Positions 47,689-55,624 of a stretch of 55,624 nt of DNA are shown here, in pieces. Numbering within the stretch: the stretch's first letter is position 1; every line of letters starts with the position of its first letter. Position numbers and translations under genes: made by a program. Source of the DNA: a virus (Duplodnaviria; Caudoviricetes); the IMG/VR virus record IMGVR_UViG_3300006162_000016, positions 1 to 55,624 of that record, one strand, 5' to 3'. The notes beneath the pieces were generated by a model. The model did not search any database, was not told where the DNA came from, and worked only from the letters and a program-made list of their open reading frames with translations.

Positions 47689-48633
47689 TTAGGCCGCACT
47701 CGTACCAATAACTTCGATGGCACGCTGCGAATCCAGAACAGGATACACCGCATAAGCTTTCCAGCCGATGCTGCCGTTCAGGTTCAACGGATCAGCCACG
47801 CCTGAATCACCCGGTTGGTGCACGATCTTCTGAATCCCTTGGTTGGCCACATCGACCGCACCGAAGGACTCTTTCCCGAACACCCAGCTATGATACGTGA
47901 CGGCAGACGACGCGCCAGTACCAGTCAGGATATTCTGCGATTCTTGGAAACGAATGTTGTACAACTTTCCAAGTTCGCCAGCCAAGGCCATATTATGCAC
48001 CTTGTCGATGCTGATATACTTATTCAGCTCGATCCAGCCACTCGCAGCGCTATCGCTCTGCAGGTCGAAGCTGGTGTTGGGGTGAACCAAACCGTGATAC
48101 GTTCCATCTTCAAACGGCATAACCGCGAGAGCACGGAGATGCGCCGAAGCCCGGCGGAAGTCAACGCCAGCAGCAACGACCGACACAGTGGCTTCAGAGA
48201 CAGCCGACCCAGTGTACTGAATGGTCATGTTACCGGACAGAGAGTTCCGACAGATGGTGTCCAACGACAACCCGGCCTGATATCCAAGAACGTCATGGAT
48301 AGCTTCCGTGATATTGTCATACGCTTCCAACATGAGTCTGTCAGAATACGAAACGAACGCTCCATACTGCAGAGGCGTCGCAAGGATTTTTGTGGACTGC
48401 CAAACCAATCCGTTCGGGTTTGCACCTTCGCCTAGCGGCGTGGTGACTGCAGCCTGATTGACAGGGCGCAGGAACTGAATTTGCGTACCGGAAGCTTTCG
48501 GAAGGGTGCGCTTTTCCGCGTTCTCTTGGAAGAACAAAGAGAACATCAAGCGGGTTAACAGTTTGCGGTCATAGAAAATGGCCGACGCGTCATTAAGCCC
48601 ACTCGTTGAGGTGATATTTACATTGAGAGACAT
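47689..48633 (-). CDS. major capsid protein (N4 gp56-like, HK97 fold)
   Basis: FYD..LL, LP...G..I.F, L.EG..P, QYG, GELG...IRF.ES, DPL....GWK. Confidence 0.9.
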   Translation of the reverse strand: MSLNVNITSTSGLNDASAIFYDRKLLTRLMFSLFFQENAEKRTLPKASGTQIQFLRPVNQAAVTTPLGEGANPNGLVWQSTKILATPLQYGAFVSYSDRLMLEAYDNITEAIHDVLGYQAGLSLDTICRNSLSGNMTIQYTGSAVSEATVSVVAAGVDFRRASAHLRALAVMPFEDGTYHGLVHPNTSFDLQSDSAASGWIELNKYISIDKVHNMALAGELGKLYNIRFQESQNILTGTGASSAVTYHSWVFGKESFGAVDVANQGIQKIVHQPGDSGVADPLNLNGSIGWKAYAVYPVLDSQRAIEVIGTSAA

Positions 48634-48639
48634 AGTAAT

Positions 48640-48860
48640 TACCTTTGAGAGTTTGATATGTGTGAGCGCGATATCTCATGCACAATTGTACAAGTGCCAA
48701 GGTTAGTGACCGTTTAGCCGTCACCGCATCCGTTCGTTCTGGGGCGTCCACACTGCACGCTTGTCCGTTACTACTGGACACATGCCTTATCTCGTACTAA
48801 CGAGGGGCCTGCTGGTTACCAATCAGATTGTCCTAAACACCGGGTCTGTTTGGTAACTAA
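48640..48860 (-). ncRNA. multi-hairpin leader/ncRNA upstream of capsid gene
   Basis: GTTACCAA/TTGGTAAC, CTCGT/ACGAG, TGTCC/GGACA, GTGAC/GTCAC, TGAG/CTCA stems. Confidence 0.5.
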
Positions 48861-48864
48861 AAAT

Positions 48865-48939
48865 TGGTTGCAGAGGACGGAATCGAACCGTCTACCTTCG
48901 GCTTATGAGGCCGACGAGCTACCAATGCTCCACTCCGCG
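48865..48939 (-). tRNA. tRNA-fMet (CAT), CCA encoded
   Basis: CGCGGAG TG GAGC ATTGGTA GCTC G TCGGC CTCATAA GCCGA AGGTA GACGG TTCGATT CCGTC CTCTGCA A CCA; C1:A72 mismatch. Confidence 0.95.
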
Positions 48940-48941
48940 AA

Positions 48942-49012
48942 AGCTGCTGCTCTACCCACTGAGCTACTCCCCCGATGGAGGAGGTGAGAATCGAACTCAC
49001 GACCTAGCTGCT
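48942..49012 (-). ncRNA. circularly permuted tRNA-Ala-like element
   Basis: AGCAGCT AGGTC GTGAG TTCGATT CTCAC CTCCTCC ATC GGGGGAG TA GCTC AGTGGGTA GAGC AGCAGCT: T arm precedes D arm. Confidence 0.85.
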
Positions 49013-49054
49013 AAAATTGTGCCGGGGATTTTAACCCCCGGTCTTCGTTATTAC

Positions 49055-50032
49055 TTAGCTGTTCTGCTGCTGAGCAATGAGCCACTCACGCTGTTCATTC
49101 AAAGACATTTTCTTAAATGCCGCTAAATGATCAGAGGGGATTCTGCCGGCGCCTTTACCTGCACTGGCCACCGTTCCACCTTTGGCTTCTTCAGAGAGCG
49201 CGGCTTGCGCTTCTTTGATTGCTTCTTCTCTTGCAGCTTTGGCAATGGCGTCTTTTTCTTTCGCCAACATGTCTGCCAACATACTTTTCATTTCTGATTC
49301 TTTATAGACTTTCTCAGCCGAAACTACCGGAGCAGCTTGTGCGGCAGAAGCTGGATTCTCTTGCAAAGCCAGTTCATACAACGCATCGAGCACTTCAGCA
49401 GCAGGCTTCGTAAAGTCAATTCGAGGATCACCCTGCCCAGTGGGTCCCATTGCTATCTTCACAATACTAGGATACAGTCTCTTCCACTCAGGATAATTCT
49501 CAGTGTCTTGCTCACGCCGCATTCGTTCAAGCGCGGTATCTTTAGCTTTCGCTTCGGACGCCAGCGCATCTAAACGTTCTTGGAGCTCGGCAGTCGCAGA
49601 CTCTTTTTCATTCTCAATGATCTGTGCCAACTCTTCGGGACTCTTCTTGGACAACTCTTTGTAGTCCATTGGAGTCTTGGACATCTTGGCCAACAACTTA
49701 TAAGTCTTTTCCTGTTCAGCTCGGATAGCTGCCATCTCATCCCGCAGCTTCTTATTTTCCTGACTGACTCTCGTATTCCACTTGCGGAGCTCGGCTGGAT
49801 CATTCGGCTCTTTCTTTTCAGGTTTGACTTCTGGCTTCTTGTCATCAGCCTTCTGTTCAGGAGCTTTCTGTTCTGGCGCCTTCTCTTCTTTCTTCTCTGG
49901 TGTCTCAGGAGCCTTCTCTTCAGACTTCTGTTCCGGGGCCTTGGCCGCCGCTTCCTTCTCCGCTGTTTCTAAAGCTTCTGCTCTTTGCGCGATTGATGCT
50001 GGGCTTACAACACTCATTCCTTGCTTATCCAT
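49055..50032 (-). CDS. capsid scaffolding protein
   Basis: E/K/P-rich N-terminus, coiled coil, C-terminal KMSLNEQREWL helix; between portal and capsid. Confidence 0.75.
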   Translation of the reverse strand: MDKQGMSVVSPASIAQRAEALETAEKEAAAKAPEQKSEEKAPETPEKKEEKAPEQKAPEQKADDKKPEVKPEKKEPNDPAELRKWNTRVSQENKKLRDEMAAIRAEQEKTYKLLAKMSKTPMDYKELSKKSPEELAQIIENEKESATAELQERLDALASEAKAKDTALERMRREQDTENYPEWKRLYPSIVKIAMGPTGQGDPRIDFTKPAAEVLDALYELALQENPASAAQAAPVVSAEKVYKESEMKSMLADMLAKEKDAIAKAAREEAIKEAQAALSEEAKGGTVASAGKGAGRIPSDHLAAFKKMSLNEQREWLIAQQQNS

Positions 50033-50100
50033 TTACTTCTCCCTGTGCTTGTCGATTGTCCACTTTCGTGGGTCGGGCGTAGGCTACGAAGTTCCCCCTA

Positions 50101-50460
50101 CTACTCGATTCCTAAACTGCGTCTATCATCTTCCACAGCTTTGAAATGTTCTTGGATTGCTTTAGAAGCAATCTGTCCGGCTAAACTTTGTGCATGAATC
50201 CAATTGCGAAGCTTGACCATTCCTTGAATCTGAAAAATGACCTTACGATGATCACCATCAGCATCATTGAAAATGGTGCGCTGCGATTCTTCAATTGCAT
50301 TCTTCATATACTCTTCAATCTTCTGCCACGCTGGATGCCGGCGCAGGTCTTCAAATAGCGCCCCAGTATGAGCTTGTTTCTCAAGACTGTCAAGTTGCTG
50401 CAAAATCTTTGCCTCGTCTGGAAGATTGTAAGGGTCTTTCGCCATCTCTGCAAAGTCCAT
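50101..50460 (-). CDS. conserved head-module protein
   Basis: L..HPAW..I helical protein between portal and scaffold. Confidence 0.6.
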   Translation of the reverse strand: MDFAEMAKDPYNLPDEAKILQQLDSLEKQAHTGALFEDLRRHPAWQKIEEYMKNAIEESQRTIFNDADGDHRKVIFQIQGMVKLRNWIHAQSLAGQIASKAIQEHFKAVEDDRRSLGIE

Positions 50461-50633
50461 TATAGCGCCCCTCTCTTTGTCAATTCATCTTTCAGAATTG
50501 CATAATCACGATCTACGAGTTCAGTAGCATTAGGAACATTGCCGAATGCAGCAATCAGTCCTTCTCGTATTCGTTTCAGTTCTTCCGTCTTCTCTGCGCG
50601 AATAATCTTCTCCGCTAATGACATGTCAGCCAT
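50460..50633 (-). CDS. 57-aa hypothetical protein
   Basis: Read by hand: MADMSLAEK...KRGAL; TAATG coupling both sides. Confidence 0.6.
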   Translation of the reverse strand: MADMSLAEKIIRAEKTEELKRIREGLIAAFGNVPNATELVDRDYAILKDELTKRGAL

Positions 50634-50815
50634 TAGTATCCCCCTTTCGATAAACCTCTCATGAAACCAGTGTGCGCTGATTTCTTCATATCTTGCTTCT
50701 TGCTTTTATGATATGGCAACTTCTTTCCTTTCGGAGTAGCAGCTTCAAATTCTTTGGCCAATTCTGGATGCTTGGCATACATGTAGCCCTTCTGGGCTTG
50801 GCTAACGAATGGCAT
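50633..50815 (-). CDS. small basic conserved phage protein
   Basis: MPF.S.AQ..YMYA.HPE.AKEF...TP...KLP. Confidence 0.7.
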   Translation of the reverse strand: MPFVSQAQKGYMYAKHPELAKEFEAATPKGKKLPYHKSKKQDMKKSAHTGFMRGLSKGGY

Positions 50816-52893
50816 TATTTTAACCCTATTGGCATTGAGGGTGCACCGGGCAGATTCACATGCCCGACACCGCTATTCATCTGCGGCACAATACTATTCG
50901 CTGCTGGTGCCGGAGGTGTAGCGCCACCGCCAGCTGCCGCTAAAATTGCTTTCCCTTGCGCGGCTGATCCACCACCCGCAGGAGGGGGAGGAGCATTAGG
51001 GTTCGTCAGACCGGGAATTGTTGCACCACCACCAGCCGGGGCTGTGGCGGGTTGAGGATTCAAAGCCGCTGCGCGAATGTCCTTGGAATCAAATCCCATC
51101 AGTTCCCATATTTGTTTCAAGATGATGTCAATGGATTCTGGCGCCAATTGCTGTTGCGCCAAAGTGAAGAACGTAGACATCTGATTGACTTTCTGATCCC
51201 GATTGACCATCTCTGAAAGCACAGTCATTTTGAAATTGACACCAGCTGCCGTGCGAATCATGGCCGGAGTTACAATGGCCGGCTGCGGGAAGAGATGACC
51301 ATAGAATGCACGAATGACTTCAGAATTCGTGAGGTATTGCAAATCAAGCATGTAGAAAAGACGAAGAACGTGTTTGATACCTTTTGTCTCAATCGCTTTG
51401 GCAGCAGTAGCAAATTTCTCCATAGCTTGAGAAACAGCCACCTTCGCCACACCAAGACCAACGCCTTTGTTGTTACCTTGCATGTCGTCAATATTCCCTG
51501 TGAGGGAAGCTGGGACGGTTGCATTAAACATATCCTGCTGAATGGCCTGTGCGTCCTGATATGCATTTGTGGTAACGTCTGTGCGCGGAATTGGCTGTAG
51601 GTTCTCCATGGCATCCACAAGGATGACGCCGGACGGACTGGAAGCCACCTTGTCCACGTCGATACTCGTATCCGTGGAAAGCACTTTGTACATCTGGTTG
51701 ATCAAAATATTTACGTTGTCGAGGCGCTGCCGACGAACCAAGTTCGTTTCGTTTTGTAGACTCAAAACTGGTTCGATCAATCCGATACCATACCACTCGA
51801 AAGGTACCTTGCAGAAGTTGACTTTGACAAGCGGAATCTCTTGGTGATCAAACGGATTTGGTACTGCACGCACAACGATTTGACGATTGGCGATAACGAT
51901 CTGGCAGGGTTCATCCTTGCCGTCTCCATCCAAGTCATAATAGCCCCAGACTTCGATGAGTTCAATATCCTTCGGAGAAACTGTAGTGATTTCACCACGA
52001 GCGGTCTTTCTCCACTGTCGGGTTTCTTGAAATTTCACAGACGCGCCGGTAGCCATGGCCGCGTCTTTATTCCCGAAGTACGGTTGAGGAGAATCACAAA
52101 TCCGTGCGAATTCATCACGATTTATGAACTTCCGAATCATGACGGAAGGCTGGCCATCAACCTCGGCGTGGTCCTGAGACGGGAACACATCAAGTACGTC
52201 CAGAACAGTGAGCTTAGGTTTTCGACCTACAATCTCGTATCGTTTCTTCGTTTCATAGGTCGTCTTTTCTTGGTTGATTCCGTTGTCATCAACAAAGCGA
52301 TTCACCTTCGGAACGCGGTTGACTTTCCATTGCCATTCCACTTCCCAGTCAACCCAGAAGTAACTGGTGCCGTACATCAGCAATTGTTTCAAAAACGTTT
52401 CATATTTATCGTCAAAATCGTTCTTATCAAACTGGTCCGAAAGTAGCCGTTTGATATTCTTGGCTACGTCGGCCTCATTGATATCGTTGGCCACAACGTC
52501 AAAAAGAGATTCATTTCCAGATGTGAAACTGATAAGTTTGGGTGTAGCAATTTCGATGATTTGGAAAATTAAGGGGATGAAAACCTTGCTGCGCGTCGGC
52601 GTCCGGGTAGCGATATTTCCGCTCATGTACTGGACGTAAATCTGCCACCAAAGGATTTCATATGCCCGGCGCCAATTCTCACGTTCGATCAAATCAGCAA
52701 TATATTTGGCAACGATTTCTTTCTGGGTGGCTAACGAATAAGCATCATCTGATTCATTATCGGTGGCCGCTTCATAGTCATCAGGGACCTGAATCTGAAT
52801 AGGGCTATCGCCTGTCATTTGATCGAGTTCTTCTTTACCTTCCTCGTTCTCGATCTCCTGAAGTTGATCGTCCTTTTCTTCGTAATCGGCCAT
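50815..52893 (-). CDS. portal protein
   Basis: RSKVFIP, YGT, EVWG, NPF, P...YG.G; 692 aa after terminase. Confidence 0.85.
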   Translation of the reverse strand: MADYEEKDDQLQEIENEEGKEELDQMTGDSPIQIQVPDDYEAATDNESDDAYSLATQKEIVAKYIADLIERENWRRAYEILWWQIYVQYMSGNIATRTPTRSKVFIPLIFQIIEIATPKLISFTSGNESLFDVVANDINEADVAKNIKRLLSDQFDKNDFDDKYETFLKQLLMYGTSYFWVDWEVEWQWKVNRVPKVNRFVDDNGINQEKTTYETKKRYEIVGRKPKLTVLDVLDVFPSQDHAEVDGQPSVMIRKFINRDEFARICDSPQPYFGNKDAAMATGASVKFQETRQWRKTARGEITTVSPKDIELIEVWGYYDLDGDGKDEPCQIVIANRQIVVRAVPNPFDHQEIPLVKVNFCKVPFEWYGIGLIEPVLSLQNETNLVRRQRLDNVNILINQMYKVLSTDTSIDVDKVASSPSGVILVDAMENLQPIPRTDVTTNAYQDAQAIQQDMFNATVPASLTGNIDDMQGNNKGVGLGVAKVAVSQAMEKFATAAKAIETKGIKHVLRLFYMLDLQYLTNSEVIRAFYGHLFPQPAIVTPAMIRTAAGVNFKMTVLSEMVNRDQKVNQMSTFFTLAQQQLAPESIDIILKQIWELMGFDSKDIRAAALNPQPATAPAGGGATIPGLTNPNAPPPPAGGGSAAQGKAILAAAGGGATPPAPAANSIVPQMNSGVGHVNLPGAPSMPIGLK

Positions 52894-52895
52894 TT

Positions 52896-53237
52896 TTAGA
52901 TTTCCTCTTGATTTCGTTTTAAATAATCAATTCCACACTGAAGAATATGCTGAGAATCTTTAGCGAAACCAATCATTTTATTACAGGGACTACAAATTAA
53001 ACCACGCACTCGACCTGTTTTGTGGTCATGATCTACACAAGGCGTTTTTATAAATTCAGTACTACAAATAGCACACTTATTATTTTGAACGCTTAAAAGA
53101 ATTTTTTCTTGCGTAAGAGTTAAACCATACTTCTTAAGTGATGTTTCTCTAACGGAATTTGGATTTCGCTTTCGCCATTCCCTCATGTAATGCTGCTGAT
53201 AACCGGGATGTTTTTCGCGCCATTCTCTATTTGCCAT
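52896..53237 (-). CDS. endonuclease VII-family HNH
   Basis: CAIC...CVDHDHKTGRVRGLICSPCN.MIG; AT-rich. Confidence 0.85.
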   Translation of the reverse strand: MANREWREKHPGYQQHYMREWRKRNPNSVRETSLKKYGLTLTQEKILLSVQNNKCAICSTEFIKTPCVDHDHKTGRVRGLICSPCNKMIGFAKDSQHILQCGIDYLKRNQEEI

Positions 53238-54596
53238 TTATATCTCATCAACTGTCAGGTCTGTGAAACTCTTATAAGGCATTGGTTCGTTTGTTTCTCT
53301 TTCAGCTTTACTTAACGTAGGTTTTTTGTAAAGGTCTAACGGGTCAAATCCTGTGTTTCTTTTTCCTTTGCGTGATACACCACCCACACGCACAAGGTCG
53401 TAGACTCCGGCAAGATTCTTAGAGAAACCGTACCGTAGACCGTCAGGGCTATGGCTGCAGTCATGAGCAGGTTTAGAAGAGCCATTCTTATCATAACAAT
53501 ACCCTTCCATTTCACGTATCAAATTCTCACAGCAATCGAATATTTTGATCCGATTTTCTTTGAGCAGTTTCGTGATTCGTTGAATTCCCACATCCACAGA
53601 GTTATCTGCCGGCTCCATTCGGAGCTTACAGACGGTCCTGACTTCGTTCATGACGGCCACTGCCGCCGGGTCATAAATCGTGTAGGTGAACTTTTCGTCT
53701 TTGAGGAATCCGCCTATCTTTTCAGCCAATTGGCGATTTTTGTAAAATTCCTTGTAGACATAAAACTCTTTGCCTTCTGGATCAAAAGTGATTGCCAGAA
53801 TCGCTGTCGGGTCCGACCAACCATAGTCGAGTCCAGACCATCGTGGCCAGTGTGCAGGAATTTCAAAAGGCTCAATAATGTGATCTATCCGGTTAAATTC
53901 TGGATAAATCAGACCTTCAATCTTAACAAATCGACCTTCAAAATCACGCTGAAATACGCTTTCATTCATCGTGGCCTTCGCCCGATCATACACTGAGCGG
54001 TCGATATACGGATTGTCGGCCATCGAGAAGTTCACATAGAGAAGCCAAGGTAGTTGATTTCTCAACTGGATTAAGCGTAAATTCATCCATGATGACGGGC
54101 TGCCGTATGGAGTCGTCGTCATCAAGAGCCGGCCTTTGGGCTCACCAGCTTTCTGAACCAAGCGTTGACAAACCTTGTCATACGTGGTTTCATTACAGAG
54201 CGCAGCTTCATCCATCCAACATCTTCGGGCAGTCAAACCTTCGACTGCATCCGGCTTGTCTGCAGAACGAATCCAAACAACACCGCCATTATTCAACTGG
54301 ATTATGCTATCTTGTTTCTTGTAGGTACCCAGACCCTTTGGCCAGTAGGTGAACAGGGTACGTAGTGTAGACTGATTCAAAACCCGGTACGTCGGGCCTA
54401 GAACCAAATAGTCAGCTTTGACGCCATTTTTAATATCGTTTGCAATTTCGCGGATCAACCAAATGGCGCCTACCGTGGTCTTACCACCTCGGTGGCCGGC
54501 AACAACTAGAATCTGTTCGTGCAGGGAATCCAACACCTGCTGCTGATGTCTATGTGGCGTGAAGACGATTTGCTTCTGGTTTTCGTTATCGGCCAT
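53238..54596 (-). CDS. terL: terminase large subunit
   Basis: PHRHQ, Walker A AGHRGGKT, Walker B WMDEA, TTTP, nuclease GLDYGWSDP, DPA, H..DGLRY. Confidence 0.93.
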   Translation of the reverse strand: MADNENQKQIVFTPHRHQQQVLDSLHEQILVVAGHRGGKTTVGAIWLIREIANDIKNGVKADYLVLGPTYRVLNQSTLRTLFTYWPKGLGTYKKQDSIIQLNNGGVVWIRSADKPDAVEGLTARRCWMDEAALCNETTYDKVCQRLVQKAGEPKGRLLMTTTPYGSPSSWMNLRLIQLRNQLPWLLYVNFSMADNPYIDRSVYDRAKATMNESVFQRDFEGRFVKIEGLIYPEFNRIDHIIEPFEIPAHWPRWSGLDYGWSDPTAILAITFDPEGKEFYVYKEFYKNRQLAEKIGGFLKDEKFTYTIYDPAAVAVMNEVRTVCKLRMEPADNSVDVGIQRITKLLKENRIKIFDCCENLIREMEGYCYDKNGSSKPAHDCSHSPDGLRYGFSKNLAGVYDLVRVGGVSRKGKRNTGFDPLDLYKKPTLSKAERETNEPMPYKSFTDLTVDEI

Positions 54597-54933
54597 TGTG
54601 TTTCCCTACGTATTCAATAGCTGATTTTAAAATTTTTGGATTTTCTTTGAACTGGCCTAATCCATGGTTGCAGTTCTCGCAAAGCAGCCCTCTCACTTTT
54701 CCAGTGAGATGGTTATGATCGACATGACACGATCTGCTTTGTTCAACAATCTCAATACCACAAATCGCACATAATCCATGCTGATTTTGAAAAATCTGAT
54801 GAACCTCTTCGGGGGTTGTATTATACCGTAACCGAAGAATCCGCGTGTAGACCGCCAATTTCAAACGATCTTTATGTTTTTGGTAGTATCGTTGATAACA
54901 GGCTTTCGCTTTTGCTTTATCTGCGTAAGCCAT
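54586..54933 (-). CDS. endonuclease VII-family HNH
   Basis: CAIC...HVDHNHLTGKVRGLLCENCN.GLG. Confidence 0.85.
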   Translation of the reverse strand: MAYADKAKAKACYQRYYQKHKDRLKLAVYTRILRLRYNTTPEEVHQIFQNQHGLCAICGIEIVEQSRSCHVDHNHLTGKVRGLLCENCNHGLGQFKENPKILKSAIEYVGKHNGR

Positions 54934-54934
54934 C

Positions 54935-55183
54935 TTAGTTGGGCTCCTGTCCTCCGTTTAAGAGGTCCTTTGGGGGCCGCAAAGTCATGGCGGCTAAATT
55001 GTGCATGTTCTTGTCGAGCATGACGGTATTGTGATCGACCCTATCCAACTGCATCTTTATGCCTTTGCACAGTTCGATAATGGCTTCTTCAAGACCTACG
55101 ATTCGCATCTCTAATTCGTAGACTTTGACATCCAAGCTAGTGAGGGCCGGAGGCCCCGCCGGTTTCTTACCGAATCCGAACAT
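54935..55183 (-). CDS. coiled-coil hypothetical protein
   Basis: start MFGFGKK coupled to upstream stop. Confidence 0.55.
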   Translation of the reverse strand: MFGFGKKPAGPPALTSLDVKVYELEMRIVGLEEAIIELCKGIKMQLDRVDHNTVMLDKNMHNLAAMTLRPPKDLLNGGQEPN

Positions 55184-55422
55184 TAGCAGGTAACCACTCC
55201 CGGTAAACCACCTGTCGTGGTGCCACACCAGACGGGTCCGTAATTAGGCCAGAAAGTAGGTTGATTCTTTCTTCCACATGCAGGGCAATATCCACATGAG
55301 GGACATGGCGCCGTTCCGACTGAGGGGAAAAAGCCAGCGTCTATCATTCCGGCTTTATCTTCAGCTTGAGGGAAATCAATGCTTAAATTTTGGTTGATTT
55401 GACTATCGTTGATATTGTCCAT
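55183..55422 (-). CDS. small Cys-rich protein, first gene of late arm in this window
   Basis: CPSCGYCPACG; AGGAG RBS. Confidence 0.55.
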   Translation of the reverse strand: MDNINDSQINQNLSIDFPQAEDKAGMIDAGFFPSVGTAPCPSCGYCPACGRKNQPTFWPNYGPVWCGTTTGGLPGVVTC

Positions 55423-55624
55423 GATCTTGCTCTCCTAATGTTGAGGTATATTCGCATTTCACTGCGAGAAATCAACCTATTTATAAAAGGTCAATTTGGT
55501 GATTTTTAGCTATAGGCTTGTTCACGTACAGTACAAGCACCTTATACGAAGGGGCTCCCTACCCTCCATCTGTACATTCTCCGTCGAGAACCTGTTAAGT
55601 TAACTTGATTTACTCTCTGAGATT

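Noticed and set aside
48865-49012. tRNA fragments as an attP site
   Set aside because: No integrase or repressor seen, and both halves of one tRNA are present in permuted order
48942-49042. Two-piece tmRNA
   Set aside because: G3:U70 fits, but there is a full D stem, no tag reading frame and no free CCA end
9921-52639. Long antisense or alternate-frame ORFs (e.g. 9921-10583, 12541-13389, 23057-23692, 47815-48435, 51841-52446)
   Set aside because: Shadows of well-supported genes, without RBS or motifs
40408-54933. Group I introns or inteins hosting the HNH genes
   Set aside because: Flanking genes look intact and there is no spare sequence for intron cores

Overview
Probably a near-complete ~55.6 kb lytic, podovirus-like dsDNA phage genome with two converging arms. 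The + strand (1-28.2 kb) carries early genes (amidoligase, class II glutamine amidotransferase), RNA-repair enzymes (RtcB, Rnl2-like ligase, HAD phosphatase), nucleotide-pool enzymes and replication genes (primase-helicase, PolA, nucleases). The - strand (55.4-28.2 kb) carries terminase, portal, scaffold, major capsid protein, adaptor/nozzle, fibres, ejection proteins and a likely endolysin. No integrase, CRISPR array or reverse transcriptase was seen. Strongest signals: (1) a circularly permuted tRNA-Ala-like element with a closed acceptor stem, 2 nt upstream of an initiator tRNA between scaffold and capsid genes, in a genome with two RNA ligases and a second aberrant tRNA-like fold beside rtcB; (2) apparent genome-wide CCWGG avoidance, plus further loss of GCWGC/GGWCC/CCSGG limited to the first ~5.8 kb, suggesting staged DNA entry; (3) three small proteins after the capsid gene ending in a scaffold-like peptide; (4) a PolA with paired steric-gate-region substitutions; (5) an anti-Shine-Dalgarno hairpin RNA before the endolysin. 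All calls come from manual motif reading; no searches were run.
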